Shown: positions 1-12,559 of the stretch, in pieces | Numbering within the stretch: position 1 is the first letter of the stretch | How the letters are laid out: every line of letters begins with the position of its first letter | Origin: Octopus sinensis | Taxonomy: Eukaryota | DNA length: 64,000 nt | Reading direction: 5' to 3' | NCBI RefSeq assembly: GCF_006345805.1 | Contig: NC_043005.1 | Span: forward strand, 85,560,001-85,624,000 | Notes under the pieces: model-generated | What the model was told of the DNA's origin: nothing | The model's input: only the letters and a program-made list of their open reading frames with translations | Databases searched by the model: none | Position numbers and translations under genes: made by a program

Positions 1-360
1 TGGTAACATTGTAAATGTTTTTTTAAGACATAATTCAGTATAAAATGCCATCTTATAACCATATACATGCGTATACGCACACACACAGATATATATGTAT
101 TCACACAGCCTGAGTTTATACATGTTTGCATATCTGTCAAGCCTCATATCATCGATTCATCTGTCTGTCTATCTGTTTAGTCATCTATATATGTGTGTGT
201 GTATGTGTTTGTGTGTGTGTGTGTGTGTGTATGTATATGCATGTATATGGTTAGTCATCCTGTAAGTTTGGATTTACTCCCTAATATTATTATTATTATT
301 ATATATATATATATGTATGTATGTATGTATTATGTATATATGTATGTATATCTATTATAC

Positions 361-432
361 TGAAGTGGTTGTCTGGTAAGACACTTGCTTCCCAACCACA
401 TGGTTCCAGATTCAGTCCCACTGCGTGGCACC
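361..432 (+). mobile_element. tRNA-derived SINE family B, head fragment
   Basis: Matches the head of the fuller copies at 13961 and 56925 (ggtaagacacttgcttcccaaccacatggttcc...ttcagtcccactgcgtggcacc). Confidence 0.8.
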
Positions 433-632
433 TGCTGCCCCTTGTGGTCTCCCCATACGAAACAAAACATCTCGAGGATTGAATCATTCCAGAGGGCACT
501 CACTAAATGAATTGAAGGCATGACTGATCTCGATTACTGGGACCGCCTTAAAGCCTTGAAACTGTACTCTCTCCAGCGCCGCCGCAAACGGTACATTATT
601 TGTACAATGTGGAGAATATACCGCCAGCAATT
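433..632 (+). mobile_element. CR1/L2-like LINE relic, post-RT region
   Basis: Translates CCPLWSPHTKQNISRIESFQRALTK*IEGMTDLDYWDRLKALKLYSLQRRRKRY, the YCxPxWSP...lExxQRxxTK...YxxRLxxLxLxsLxxRR pattern of CR1/L2-group ORF2; one stop. Confidence 0.8.
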
Positions 633-720
633 CCCCCAAAAAGGATTTAGATAATCCTATCAGGTGGTGCTATTAAGTTAGACATAGCCTGGTCCAATCT
701 TTGGTCGAAACTTATCTAAG

Positions 721-730
721 TTTTTATCTA

Positions 731-809
<79 letters not shown>

Positions 810-855
810 GTATGTATGTATGTATGTATGTATGTATGTATGTATGTATGTATGT
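721..855. repeat. (TATC)n then (TATG)n microsatellite
   Basis: Read directly. Confidence 0.95.
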
Positions 856-1477
856 CCATACACACGTACTCATCTAGCATATTGCAGCTGTTTCTCTGAT
901 CAAACGAAGGAAACTATATTTTTGTTAAGTTTTCAAGTGTATTCGATGTCTAACATTCATTGCTCCTGACTGAGAAATTTGACAAGAGGCAGGATTGAAC
1001 TCAAAACACGCAGAACCAAAGAAAATACTCCAATGCACCCTATGTGGCAGTTTAACAATTTTTACGACTCTTCTGCACTGGACATATATTACTTGTTGAA
1101 CTCGCAAATGATGCAAAGCAATGTTGACATCAGCCAGACCATTCTTGATTAATGTAAATACTTTAATTATATATAAAACAACAGCAAGTGTTAACAGATT
1201 ATGGCAAATATTTAATTAATTAAAAAAACCCAGATGATTGTTACTTCCAAGTTTTGATTAAACTGTCTTTTCAAACAGTGATGAAAAAATACAGTGATGT
1301 AATCTTTACAGTAATCGCGGGTGTTACGTTCCAACCCCCATACGTGATAGGGGAAAATCCGCGAAGTAGAAACAGTACTGTAGTGTATTTTTTCGTTATT
1401 TTTATAATTTGTATATATTTCTTCTTTTATTATAAACGCAAAGCAGCACCACAGAAGAATCAGCTTAAGCTTAAATC

Positions 1478-1860
1478 GTTGTCGTTGTGGCACTTCGTTG
1501 GTTACGACGACGAGAGTTCCAGTTGATCCGATCAACGGAACAGCCTGCTCCTGAAATTAACGTGTAAGTGGCTGAGGACTCCACAGACACGTGTACCCAT
1601 AACGTAGTTTTCGGGGAGATTCAGCGTGAGACAAAGTGTGATAAGGCTGGCCTTTTGAAATACAGGTACAACAGAAACAGGAAGAAAGAATGACAGAAAT
1701 TTGTGTTGAAAGAGGGTTCGCCAGCACCTCCTGCCAGAGCCTCGTGGAACTTTAGGTGTTTTCGCTCAATAAACACTCACAACGCCCGGCCAGGGAATTG
1801 ATACCGCAATCCCACGACCGCGAGTTCACTGCCCTAACCACTGGGTCATTGCGCCTCCAC
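1478..1860 (-). mobile_element. tRNA-derived SINE family C copy
   Basis: Reverse complement shares head (tggttagggcagtgaactcgcggtcgtgggattgcggtatcaattccc) and 3' body with the 36194-36515 copy. Confidence 0.75.
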
Positions 1861-1904
1861 CAAGCTTAAATTATAAACCGCAATATGGTAAGGGATTACT
1901 GTAT

Positions 1905-2200
1905 GTGAATGCATGTGGCCTTGTGGTTAGGATACTCAGCATGTTTTGGGGTCATGGGTTCAATTCCTGGCGGTGCATTGCGAACTTGAGCAAGGAACTT
2001 TATTTCACGTTGCTCTAGTCCACAGAGATGGTGAAAATGAGTTGTACCTTTAATACAAAAGGTCCATCCTCGTCACATTCTGTTTCTTGTTGATCTCCCT
2101 ACATTATGGGTCTGTGGAGTACTCAGCCACTTGCACGTTCAATTCACAAACTCGGATCACCTTGCACAGCTTACTCGTGAAAGTAACTGACGGAGCACCT
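1905..2200 (+). mobile_element. tRNA-derived SINE family C, degenerate copy
   Basis: tggccttgtggttagg A-box, ggttcaattcc B-box, then ttgagcaaggaactttatttcacgttgctctagtccac as at 36194. Confidence 0.75.
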
Positions 2201-2287
2201 GTGTCGATGTGATTGACTTCCGTCGATCCCCTCCTCTTGTATTTGCTGGCCTTGCGCAAAAATTCGAAACAATGCATAATTAAGCAG

Positions 2288-2562
2288 ACGAAGATGAAGA
2301 AGAAGAAAAGGAAGAAGAAAAAGAAGAGGAAGAAGGAGAAAAGGAAGACGAAAAAGAAGGAGAAAAGGAAGGAGAAAAGGAAGATGAAAACGAAGAAGAG
2401 GAAAAAGTGGAAGAAGTGGAAAAAGAAGGGGAAGAAGAGGAATACGATGAAGAAAAGGAAGAAGAGGAAGACGATGAAGAAGAGGAAAAAGAAGAGAAAG
2501 AAGAGGAAGAAGAAGAGAAAGAAGAAGAAGAAGTGGAAGAAGGAGAAGAAGAAGAGGAGTTA
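2288..2562 (+). repeat. Degenerate (GAA/GAG)n polypurine tract
   Basis: About 270 bp almost entirely A/G; the poly-K and poly-E ORFs are its translations. Confidence 0.9.
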
Positions 2563-2974
2563 GCAGATATATATTATGAAATTTGCGTCAATATTCCTGA
2601 GTGCATGTTTAAGAAATGTTTGTTCTACATGTGGTGCATGTTTTATTTAAACACTTGAAAACATGGAAAGAAAGTCGAAATTGTGTTTGGAATGTGTTCC
2701 TCATTGACTGATGTTATTAGACAGAGGTAAGAAAAACTGGATTTAGAATCTAATTTCGATTCACTTGAGGGAAATGCGTAAAAAATGTTTTGAAAGTTAC
2801 ATTTCAATAATTTTAATTCGTCTAATATATGCAAAAAAAAAAGATGAATATCTACCTTATTTAATATTCTAAAAATATTTAAATTAAGTTAACAAAGAAA
2901 CAAGAGAAATAGAAAGTTATATCATTATTGAATGATATTTTTATCCTCCAACATATTATAGAAAGAATCTTGAG

Positions 2975-3350
2975 TTAATAAAATTTAAGGTAGGAATATT
3001 TAGGCCAAGAGCTATGAGTATTTTGAAGAAAAAATTATTTTATTTGTCTTTGGTTTTGTGTTTGGTTTGCAAGATTCCTGATGTGAATTCGTGCGTTGAA
3101 ACAAATCTTGTTGTGTATTGGGAGGGTAATTAGGCCAGTAACAATACACGCACTGGTTCAATATAATTTTTTTTATTGTTAGTCAATTGGTTAAAAGTCT
3201 AACCATCTCATTAATAGACCAATTGTTTAATGTACTGGTTAAACAATCAGTTGTTTGTTAGGCAAAGTCCTTTCGTCACTGTTTACGACCTTCTCAGTGT
3301 CTTGCCCCATCTCTTCAAGATCTGTGTTATTATAATTGATGTGATGACTT
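2975..3350 (-). mobile_element. Degenerate interspersed repeat, possibly a Penelope-like 3' region
   Basis: Minus translation ends ...FKILIALGLNIPTLN, loosely like GIY-YIG C-termini; weak, and class unverified. Confidence 0.25.
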
Positions 3351-3721
3351 TCCCAAGACAACAACAAAATCCTGCTTGTATTTTTATGTAAATATTTAAA
3401 CCTCTCTCCCACCATAAAAATATGGTTTCAAATTTAGATACAAAGATAGCAGTTTTAAGGGTTTGAAATTAGCTAACGTCCTCAACTCTAGTACTTGACA
3501 GGCACTTTATTTTAACAATCCTGGAAGATGAAAGGTAATCTTGATTCAGATTTCGATTCAGAACTTGGAGGGCCGGATATGAAGCAACCAATGTATACGT
3601 TTATATTGTATGAAGAATTGGCTATTTAACCAACGAAGTGCTACTAATAAAACTCTGATTTGGGAATTTAAAAATAATTATCGTACGACAAAGTGGAATA
3701 TATCTTAATATATACTTAATA

Positions 3722-3848
3722 TGAGGCGGTACATCGGCAGAAATGTTAGCACGCTGGGCAAGATGCTTCGTGAGATTTCGGTTGCGTTTACGTTCTGAGT
3801 TCAAATGCTGCCCGGTTTGACTTTACCTTTCATCCTTTAGGAGTTGTA
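3722..3848 (+). mobile_element. SINE family A head fragment
   Basis: ggcagaaatgttagcacgctgggc...ttacgttctgagttcaaat...cctttcatcctttagg matches 59525-59650. Confidence 0.8.
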
Positions 3849-3909
3849 GTGAGTCAAGGAAGTGCTATTTTGTTGTTGCGGATTAGCACAGTTGTGCTTT
3901 GGCAACTGC

Positions 3910-3942
3910 AGCCAATCGGAGCTGGGCGCGTAACTATAAATA
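3910..3942 (+). promoter_or_regulatory. Candidate Pol II core promoter (CCAAT box plus TATA box)
   Basis: AGCCAATCGG at 3910-3919 (NF-Y-type) and TATAAATA at 3935-3942, inside a locally GC-rich, non-repetitive stretch. Confidence 0.45.
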
Positions 3943-3964
3943 CAGCGTCATCCGTCCAGAAAGG

Positions 3965-4233
3965 AACACTGTTCCGGTCAGTCAGCCGGCAGTTAGCAGA
4001 AGACTTCCACGAGAGAACAGCTATTTTCAGTGGTACTTCGGAAGGACACTACTTCTGATGACATTACTTCAACGTGAACAGCTGTATTATTTCACCGACT
4101 TTAACGCCGTAAACTTCGGGATTACATTAAATTCGCACGGCAAATGCCATTACTCTCTGGACGGAACCTGTTTGTTTAAACTTCTTTCTACCTTTATCGC
4201 AGTTTGCTTCTATCTATTTGTGTAATAGTAAGT
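3965..4233 (+). other. Candidate non-coding first exon ending at GTAAGT donor
   Basis: Unique sequence about 30 nt downstream of the TATA, ending in a consensus donor GTAAGT at 4228-4233. The internal ATG ORF stops at 4225, just before the donor. Confidence 0.35.
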
Positions 4234-4600
4234 CCAATGGCCTTCCTTGGCTCCTACATATAACAATTGTCTACTCTCACTGCAACCCTAATAAATAATG
4301 TTTGTCCTAATATAGCTTCCTGGTGTATTTTCTCAACGCCTCACAGATGCAACTGTTTCATTGAATTTCCACATTGTATATCTATTTGGTAAGACGCTAA
4401 AATTGGTTCCGCTTTACTCAAGTTACATTCGAACACAGAAACAACTACATTATAGAGTCAATAAAATAAGTTCCATTTAGGCACAGGGGTCGATGTAACT
4501 GACATACATTATTCGCCGAAACTTCTGGCCTTGTGCCAAAATTTGAAACCTATATAAACTGAATGTAACGCATTTGGTGTTGGCAGATATTATAAATCAC

Positions 4601-4649
4601 AATGATAATAATAATAATAATAATAATGATAATAATAATAATAATAATA

Positions 4650-4694
<45 letters not shown>
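4601..4694. repeat. (AAT)n microsatellite, left flank of Dong element
   Basis: Read directly. Confidence 0.95.
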
Positions 4695-4695
<1 letters not shown>

Positions 4696-6826
4696 GATCA
4701 ACTACTTATCAATAAGATGATCTTAGAAGATTGTCACAAACGACACAAAAACTTATCAATAGCCTGGATAGACTATAAAAAGGCTTTTGATAGCCTACCA
4801 CATAGCTGGATTAGGAAATGCCTGGAAATGTATAAGATAGCACCTACTCTGCGAAACTTTTTCACTGTAAGTATGAGATCATGGAGAACCACACTAACTC
4901 TGAACAGTGACAATGAATCCCTAAATGCTGGTGATGTAAAAATTTCGTGTGGCATTTTCCAGGGTGACTCACTGTCACCACTCCTCTTTTGTTTAGCCTT
5001 AATACCTCTCTCAAAACTGCTCAATGACGCGCAGTACGGGTATAAAATGTTTGATAAAAATATAAATCATCTCATTTACATGGATGATTAAAAGCTTTTT
5101 GCAAAAAATGACCAACAACTCAAGGGCTTACTAGCGATAGTCAAACAATTCAGTGACGACATCAGAATGCAATTCGGCCTCGATAAATGTGCAAAAGCTA
5201 CCTTTATCAAAGGAAAAATGACAGAAACATCTAACGTTAGCCTTGACCAGCGGAATGTCATAAAAGAACTAGACCCAGCGGAGAGCTACAAGTACCTAGG
5301 GGTAATTGAAGGGAACGGAATAAGGCATCAGAGATGAAGGAAAGGATCAGGAGAGAATGTTATCGAAGAGTGAGAGCAATACTCAAGACAGAGCTGAAGG
5401 CAAGAAACAGGATCGAAGCGATCAATGCATTAGCCATACCAGTCGTGACTTACAGTTTCAATATCGTTAACTGGTCAATTACTGAAATATGTCAGCTCGA
5501 CAGAAAAATAAGAAAACTGTTGACAATGCATAGAATGCACCACCCTAAGGCAGATACAGAACGACTTTATCTGCCAAGAAAAGAGGGAGGCCGCGGTCTT
5601 TTGCAACTGGCAATAACAATGAAGATTGCTACAATTGGCCTAGACACCTACCTGAAAAAGTCTGAGGACTGGATGTTAAAACTTGTCTCAAAACATGAAA
5701 ACAAGAAAGCACCATACTCAGTCACAAAACAGGCAAAGGAATATCTAAGTGAATTCCGAATACAACAAATTTCGGAATTAGAGATAGACATACAAGAAAC
5801 AAGCACAGAAAAAGCTAGGCGCATGAAAACCCGTGCCAAAACTGCGGCCTTAGATATTCTGAAAAATAAATGGCAAGAAAAACCTCTCTATGGCAAATAC
5901 CCAAAGAGAGCGAATAATGCAGATATTGACAAAGCCCTGACCCATCAATGGCTAATGGCCTCTGGCTTAAAATCTGAAACAGAAGGGTTTATCATAGCAG
6001 CTCAAGATCAATGCCTACCAACAAGAAACTACCTGGCCAACATATTAAAGAACGGCAGTAGCCCAACTTGTCGTGTATGCCGACAACAAAATGAAACAAT
6101 TGATCATGTTGTCTCCAAATGCAGTCTTCTAGCGCCTACAGATTACCTCAACAGGCATGATAGAGCTGCACAATATATTCACTGGGTAATTTGCAAAAAC
6201 CTGGATTTACCCCATGAAAAAAACTGGTGGGAACACAATCCACCTCCAGTGCTTGAGAATGACCACATCTCACTCCTCTGGAACTTCACCATTCAAACTG
6301 ACAGAAAGATAGATGCAAATAGGCCAGACATCATATTGAAAGACTTCAGACAAAGAACATGCCTTCTCATTGATATGACTGTCCAAATCGATATAAACCT
6401 ATCTGTCAAGACCTACCAAAAACTGAGCAAATATAAAGATCTTGAAATAGAAACTAGCTAAATGTGGAACCTGAAGACTAAAACAATACATGTTGTCATA
6501 GGTGCCATGGGAATGATAGCGAAAGGGGCTGATTGCTACCTAACTCAGATACCAGGAAACCCCAAAATGGCAGAAATTCAAAAGATAGTGCTCATGGGAA
6601 CTGCTCTTATCCTACGCAAAATACTCTCTATGTAATCCCAAGGTTTAAAACAAACTTTTTTTAAAAATTTATGTATTAGACATTCACTAGTACAACACCA
6701 AAAAACCCCCAAATATACAGCACACTAGGCATAACAACAACGTGAACTTCCAACCTGTTGTCTCTTGAGGTCTCTGGGTGAGACTTGGAGCCAACTTGTA
6801 CAGATATAAAGCAAAAGTCAAACATA

Positions 6827-6827
<1 letters not shown>
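4693..6827 (+). mobile_element. 5'-truncated R4/Dong-clade non-LTR retrotransposon (RT + CCHC + restriction-like endonuclease), disabled
   Basis: RT motifs WIDYKKAFDS, GIFQGDSLSPLLF, HLIYMDD, YKYLG; thumb RLYLPRKEGGRGL; CCHC CRVCRQQNETIDHVVSKC; REL RPDIILKD..LIDMTV..KLSKYKDL. Stops at 5089 and 6459, a frameshift near 5325-5335, ORF end 6635, then 3'UTR. Both ends lie in (AAT)n. Confidence 0.92.

Positions 6828-6890
<63 letters not shown>
6828..6890. repeat. (AAT)n microsatellite, right flank of Dong element
   Basis: Read directly. Confidence 0.95.
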
Positions 6891-6891
<1 letters not shown>

Positions 6892-6899
6892 TAGCGAAC

Positions 6900-7285
6900 A
6901 TGGGTACCGTCAGTCGAAAAGTTAACTTTGTTAACTGTTAATCCGTTAACCAAAAAGTTAACTTCTATAACCGTTAAGCAGTTAATTATCTCGTAATGTA
7001 ACAGAAGTTATAGATAAACCGTTAACGTTAATTTTTATCATAGAAAAAAATCATTTCTTTGCTCTAAAACTATTTAAAAAACCCTTTAAAAAGTGCCAAA
7101 TCTATAAAATCCGTTAACTTCAATTGAATTGAAGTTAACGGAAGTTAACTGAAGTTGACTTGAGTTAATGGAAGTTAAATGTAATGGGAGCTCATTATTT
7201 CAATAGTAATTTCCAAAGTTAACTTCAAAGTTAAATCGTTAACGAAAATGTTAACTTTGTTAATTAACGATTAACGGATTAATGG
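6900..7285. repeat. GTTAAC-rich element with internal inverted repeats (probable non-autonomous DNA transposon)
   Basis: 11 exact GTTAAC sites between 6921 and 7255 plus many variants; near-perfect palindrome gttaacttcaattgaattgaagttaac at 7113-7139. Confidence 0.55.
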
Positions 7286-8000
7286 TTTGGTGACTAGGTT
7301 TGTAAATTAGGCTTTATACAAAATAAGAGTGGGAAGATGCAACTGACTATAGGCGTAGAAAAGATGAGCACTGAATTAGTGTTCAAACAGATCGACTTAT
7401 TAAATCGCCTCTAGCCAAGCAAGGTAGAACAGACAGTAGAGCAAGAATTGGCGATACGAAAAAGATGGTTCAAGCAAGTAATAAAGTGATTAGAGATAGA
7501 CAAACAATTATAGATGACAGGAAATTATTTATATGAGATGTTACATATACAAATTCATATTTCAGAAAAATAAATCTTTACAGCTGTTTCAAAGATTTTG
7601 TGACGGTGATGCTATAATGATGTATTCAACTACATTTTGATGTCTGCTTGGATTACAGAAACAACAGTGCTTCGGTAATTGGTGGGTTATTCCTGCCTGA
7701 CTGAAATTTGTTTTTGACAAAACCATCATTTTTAACTAATTGTTCATTGTTAGATACTTTTTCGTTTTTACTAAACGCTCTTTGCTAATTGATTTGCATA
7801 ATAGAATAATTCACTTTATAACAGTGACACATTTATTCACTGAGATTATACACATATACATGCATACACAAACACATACACACACAAACATGCATGTATT
7901 AATATATATATATATATTACACGAATACATACACACACACACTTATACATGGTTTTTATGATATATATATACATATATGTGTATATCTATCCATCTATTT

Positions 8001-8051
<51 letters not shown>

Positions 8052-8673
8052 GTGTACACCCCTTTGGCTCTCTGTCTATCATATATAATAAATATAAATA
8101 TTATATAGACATTCATGCATACACACACATGCATGAACACACATGCGCGCACACACACATTTGCATATATATTTGTGCATATATGTTTTAATTCAAGCTA
8201 TGAACTATATGTACAGAAAGAAAAAAACACACAAACACTCGGAGACTTCTTTGAAAATAATTACATCCCCACATTCGCATACACACTGACTTTCTTAATT
8301 ATGCAAAATTACCTTCACACTCACACACACAGACACAGGCGCGCACATGTACATCCACACAGCCAAGCAAGGTATTAAACACTAATAAAAACATATATAC
8401 AAATACAAACATATACCCACACATACACATAACGCGTAAAACTAATTTGCAGACACCAAGACTCCGAAGTTGCCAAAAGAAATAATTATTGTAAACCTGC
8501 CTCTGTACTTCCCAGTTATTCCGTAGTCTCTCTGCCATTCAATTCCGCACATATGTTAAAGACGGAACCATTGATAATTCATTAGATCTCCAATAATTAC
8601 TTATTAATTAACCATCCGTCGTCTCGTTATCTATTTCTTTCTTCCCTCTCTATTTGTCTGCCCAATTGTCTCT

Positions 8674-8718
<45 letters not shown>

Positions 8719-10019
8719 ATACATACATACATCATACATATATACATACATACATACATAGACACACACGCACGCATATATATATAGTACGTATATGTAA
8801 TATACATATATAAAAAGTATATGTATGTATATAATATATATACTCACACATATATGCATGTATATATATATATATGTGTGTGTGTGTGTATATATATGTA
8901 TATATATATATATATCTATTTTTTATCGCCTTGTTATAAAAGTTATTAAGCTATATTAAATTTGCTGTTTCTCTTTCAATTAATGCTTTCTCTCTCTTTT
9001 CCTTTCTTTCTCTCTCTCTTTCTTTCTCTCTAACACATTTGTTTTGTATCTATCACATATCTACACTCTCCAATTATTATCACTTTATACTATTGGTGAA
9101 CCAAATCAATTTCTTTCCCTCTCTGTCTATTTCTCCCCATCTGCCCCTCTCTATTAGACCTTCCGGTTCTCTCCCTCTCCATCTCTCTCTCTCTCTCCCA
9201 TTCCTCATTTGCTCACCTAATTAATACTATTAAGCCACATGAAAGTAAATACGTCTATTAAACACAGGCAGCTATTGTTTAAGGTGGCTGTATACTCTGG
9301 AAAGGAAATATTTATCTAAAAACTTTATAAGTTCACATAAGTACAGATACTATAGAACAACACAAGCTCGAAACAAAGAACGTCATCGCTGTGAAAACAA
9401 ATTTAAATGTTTGAAGGTAGCCACACACAACTTGTGCCTTTCAACTTTTATATGGGTAAAGCCTTGAAGCTTTTGTAAAGCCATGAGGCTCACGACATCC
9501 CGTTTTCATTTCACTTTATTTACATCCGTTAAGAAGTTTAATGCGACTGAGAAGGTCTGACTGGCTTATATACATTCATACATGAATGTACAAACATCTA
9601 CACATCTGCATATATGCATATGCATAAAATAATGTACATTTTAACACAAGAGAAAACTACCTTTGACAGGTAAATTTTACACGCTAGAAGAAGCAGTCAA
9701 AACGACCAAAACCACATTTAAGAGCAATTTTCGAAGTCGAATGAAAAATAAAAACTTTTACCTTGTTATGTTTTTATGGTTATACATAGGTTTCAAATTT
9801 AAAATATTTTGCTATTTAAGCAACCAGTAAAACATATATTTTTCAGTCTGAAAACGGCCATTTGAAACCTGAAACTCATACCAGAGTAACTCACTGTAAA
9901 CATTATTAAAATAAAAATTATTCCCCCACAAAGCCATCTCTATTCAGTTTTTACATATATATATATATATATATATATACACGAGTGAGTGGATGAATGT
10001 AAGGAAAGTGCACTCAAAC

Positions 10020-10860
10020 AGATTTAGCAGGAGTTACATGTATTATTTAAAACAATTTGATTCGTTTCCTTGCTACTTCAAATTTCGCATGATCCTGCTG
10101 GGAGTTTGACTCCTTCAGGTCTACACTTAGAGAGGTGCCATCCATTCTTGCCATTTTCGCAACTTTCTCTCACCTCTCAATAAGTTCACTCGGGGTCAAC
10201 GCTTCTCTCTCCACTCTGAATTTCCTATTCAAGTGAAACTTAAAGAAGCCAATGAGAGCTCTAACAAAGAGGGATATATCTGTCCTCAGGCCTTTCAGCC
10301 TTGTCCACGAAACAACCTCTTTCATCACAGCAACCAGGCAAAGGAAAACTGCCTTGCCTGCCCGATTGAAGGAGGGCGGCGGTGCTATCATCAATACAGA
10401 CAGATCCGTCGCACACGTGACTGTAGCTGTTCGATATAACCCCCAAGCCAGCAAGGCCCGAATATTGAACAAAGGCGTGCAGAACGGATTCGTCACTCTG
10501 CGCGCACCTCGGACAACTCCGTCTGATCAGACTTCCGTGCCTGTAGAGTTTATCTCGAACCGGTAGCGTCCCTCGGTAGCACTGCCAGGCCAAGGACATC
10601 TGGAAATTATCCATGATAGTTCCCGACCGGAAAGTCCCCCAGAACAGAATAGCCGGATCATTCTCATCGGTGTCCAGAGTCTCCCCGAGAACGGCGTCGC
10701 ACTTCACCGCCACTAATCCTCTAAAGCGGAACATCCACCGATCCCATTGCCCGACTGGTAGAGGGCTGTGAGCGCCTTACGACATTCTAGGTGCAAGGCA
10801 CCTTGTCTCGGTCTTTTCTTCACTCAGGACTGCAGCTTCGTCAAGGAGACGAGCCTCACA
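10020..10860 (-). mobile_element. L1/Tx1-clade LINE 3' fragment (zinc-knuckle region)
   Basis: FQMSLAWQCYRGTLPVRDKLYRHG..SCPRCAQSDESVLHAFVQ, then LCLVAVMKEVVSWTRLKG..FHLNRKFRVERE..ERWRKV; the LxW..L....L...CPxC...ExxxH pattern of Tx1/L1 ORF2; frameshifted. Confidence 0.8.
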
Positions 10861-10977
10861 AACGGGGCCCACACAGGCTCACCGTCCAGAATTCGTTGCA
10901 GGTGGCGTAATCTAAGCGCGTATTAGGAGTCACTGTATGCCTAATCCACCACTCAGAGGATGCTGGCAACAGACTGA

Positions 10978-11029
10978 CCGCCACCACCACCACCACCACC
11001 ACCACCACCACCACCACCACCACCACTAC

Positions 11030-11079
<50 letters not shown>

Positions 11080-11130
11080 CTATCATTACGTTTACTATTA
11101 TCGTTGCTGTCGACGTCGCCGTCGTCGCCG

Positions 11131-11164
<34 letters not shown>

Positions 11165-11200
11165 TCATCATAATCCTCATCATCATCAATACCGTTACCA
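10978..11200. repeat. Compound (CAC)n-(CAT)n-(CGT)n trinucleotide array
   Basis: Read directly; source of the poly-H/M/D/V ORFs. Confidence 0.95.
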
Positions 11201-11469
11201 CCGCCATCCAAACCATACCGCCCCTTTTCACCAACTTTGATAACAACTGTTTATTACCATCCGCTATGATGTCTTACTGAATGTTTTAAGGTAAGCTTTA
11301 CCTACCTAGGTGATATAATTGCGGCTTTGATGTAGTTATGTAAAACAATAACAACAATAACAAAACAAAACTTGAAAGATTATGAAATGAAGTGGAAGAA
11401 GTTCAGAGACAGGGACACTTTTGACAACAAAATCCATTCGTTTACTTGATTTAACATGCTACCTTAAAT

Positions 11470-11900
11470 GTAGCGCTGTGAAAAACTGTAGACACAACCA
11501 TTTCGATAGTTGACCATAGCCTCCACATAGAAAAACTTCACATCCGATCAAACGATTAGGTTGTTGATGGTATGCTCTATTGCTTTCAACATTTTCTTTC
11601 CTCTGTCATGCCGTTTTTACTTGGGGTCACTTTGGAGCAACTAATGTTGAATAACGTATGGTTTTTAACCCTAAATTCTTTTTCACAATCCTTCTTAATG
11701 ACCGGTCCAAAATATTCTACTTATTTGTCATCTTTCTCTTGCTTCTTTGAGGGCTCCTCTTCACCTTCTCATTGATAACTTCTATTATTCTCTTCGTATG
11801 AATTGAATGGTTTCTTCCTGAAATTGGATCGGTGAGCCTGTTTGCACCCCTTGAATCTTTCTTTGCACATAAAAACATTTTTTTTGCAAACATTCAACCT
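11470..11900 (-). mobile_element. maT/DD37D-like (Tc1-mariner superfamily) transposase relic
   Basis: Minus translation RIIEVINEKVKRSPQRSKRKM...RSLRRIVKKNLGLK (HTH) and TINNLIV*SDVKFFYVEAMVNYRNGCVY, resembling the IxFSDEKxFxVE..N.QN.RVY first-catalytic motif; stops and frameshifts. Confidence 0.6.
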
Positions 11901-12199
11901 TTTATCACTTCTTAATTCCTCGTACCAGCCATTTTCAATGCTACCATTTGTTCACATTTTGTTTGAGCTGTCATATCTAATTAAGAACAAACGATAAAAC
12001 AAAAGAATATTAAGAAACGTTATGGAACACTTGCAACTGTTTTAGTGGATAAGAATGTTTCAATTCATGTTTGAAGAATGGGTAAATTATTATCTTCAAA
12101 TAATGGGTAAATGCACGGACTGCACCCAATATATACATTTATACAGGCACATGCAGTAATAAATGTAAATAATACACCCCCACCGCTCATACATGCGAC

Positions 12200-12350
12200 C
12201 GGCTTCATTCAGTTTCCATCAAAGAAATTTATATACAAAGGTTTTTTCAGCCTGGGGCTATAGTAGAAGACACTTGCCCAAGGTGCCACGCAGAGGGACT
12301 GAACTCGGAACCATGATGATAGGAAGCAAACTTCTTAACACACAGCCACC
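12200..12350 (-). mobile_element. SINE family B copy
   Basis: Reverse complement of the family B head and body (agaagacacttgcccaaggtgccacgcag). Confidence 0.8.
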
Positions 12351-12390
12351 CCATTATATACATACATACATACATATATATATATATGCC

Positions 12391-12498
<108 letters not shown>

Positions 12499-12505
12499 TA
12501 TATAT

Positions 12506-12539
<34 letters not shown>

Positions 12540-12559
12540 GAATAAAAAATGGAGTTAAT

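Noticed and set aside
2213-2658. Poly-K and poly-E ORFs
   Set aside because: Alternative frames of one GAA-rich repeat; no splice or codon evidence.
4051-4090. CTGATGA..GAACAGCTGTA hammerhead-like string in the candidate exon
   Set aside because: GAAA incomplete, helix II poor and no helix I pairing (actt vs ttat).
7740-9224. Many YI/HT/VC/LS-rich ORFs here and throughout the window
   Set aside because: Translations of (TA)n, (CA)n, (TATC)n and (GA)n microsatellites.
9845-9890. CTGAAAA CGG..CCT GAAAC
   Set aside because: Core G8 is missing and the helices are unconvincing.
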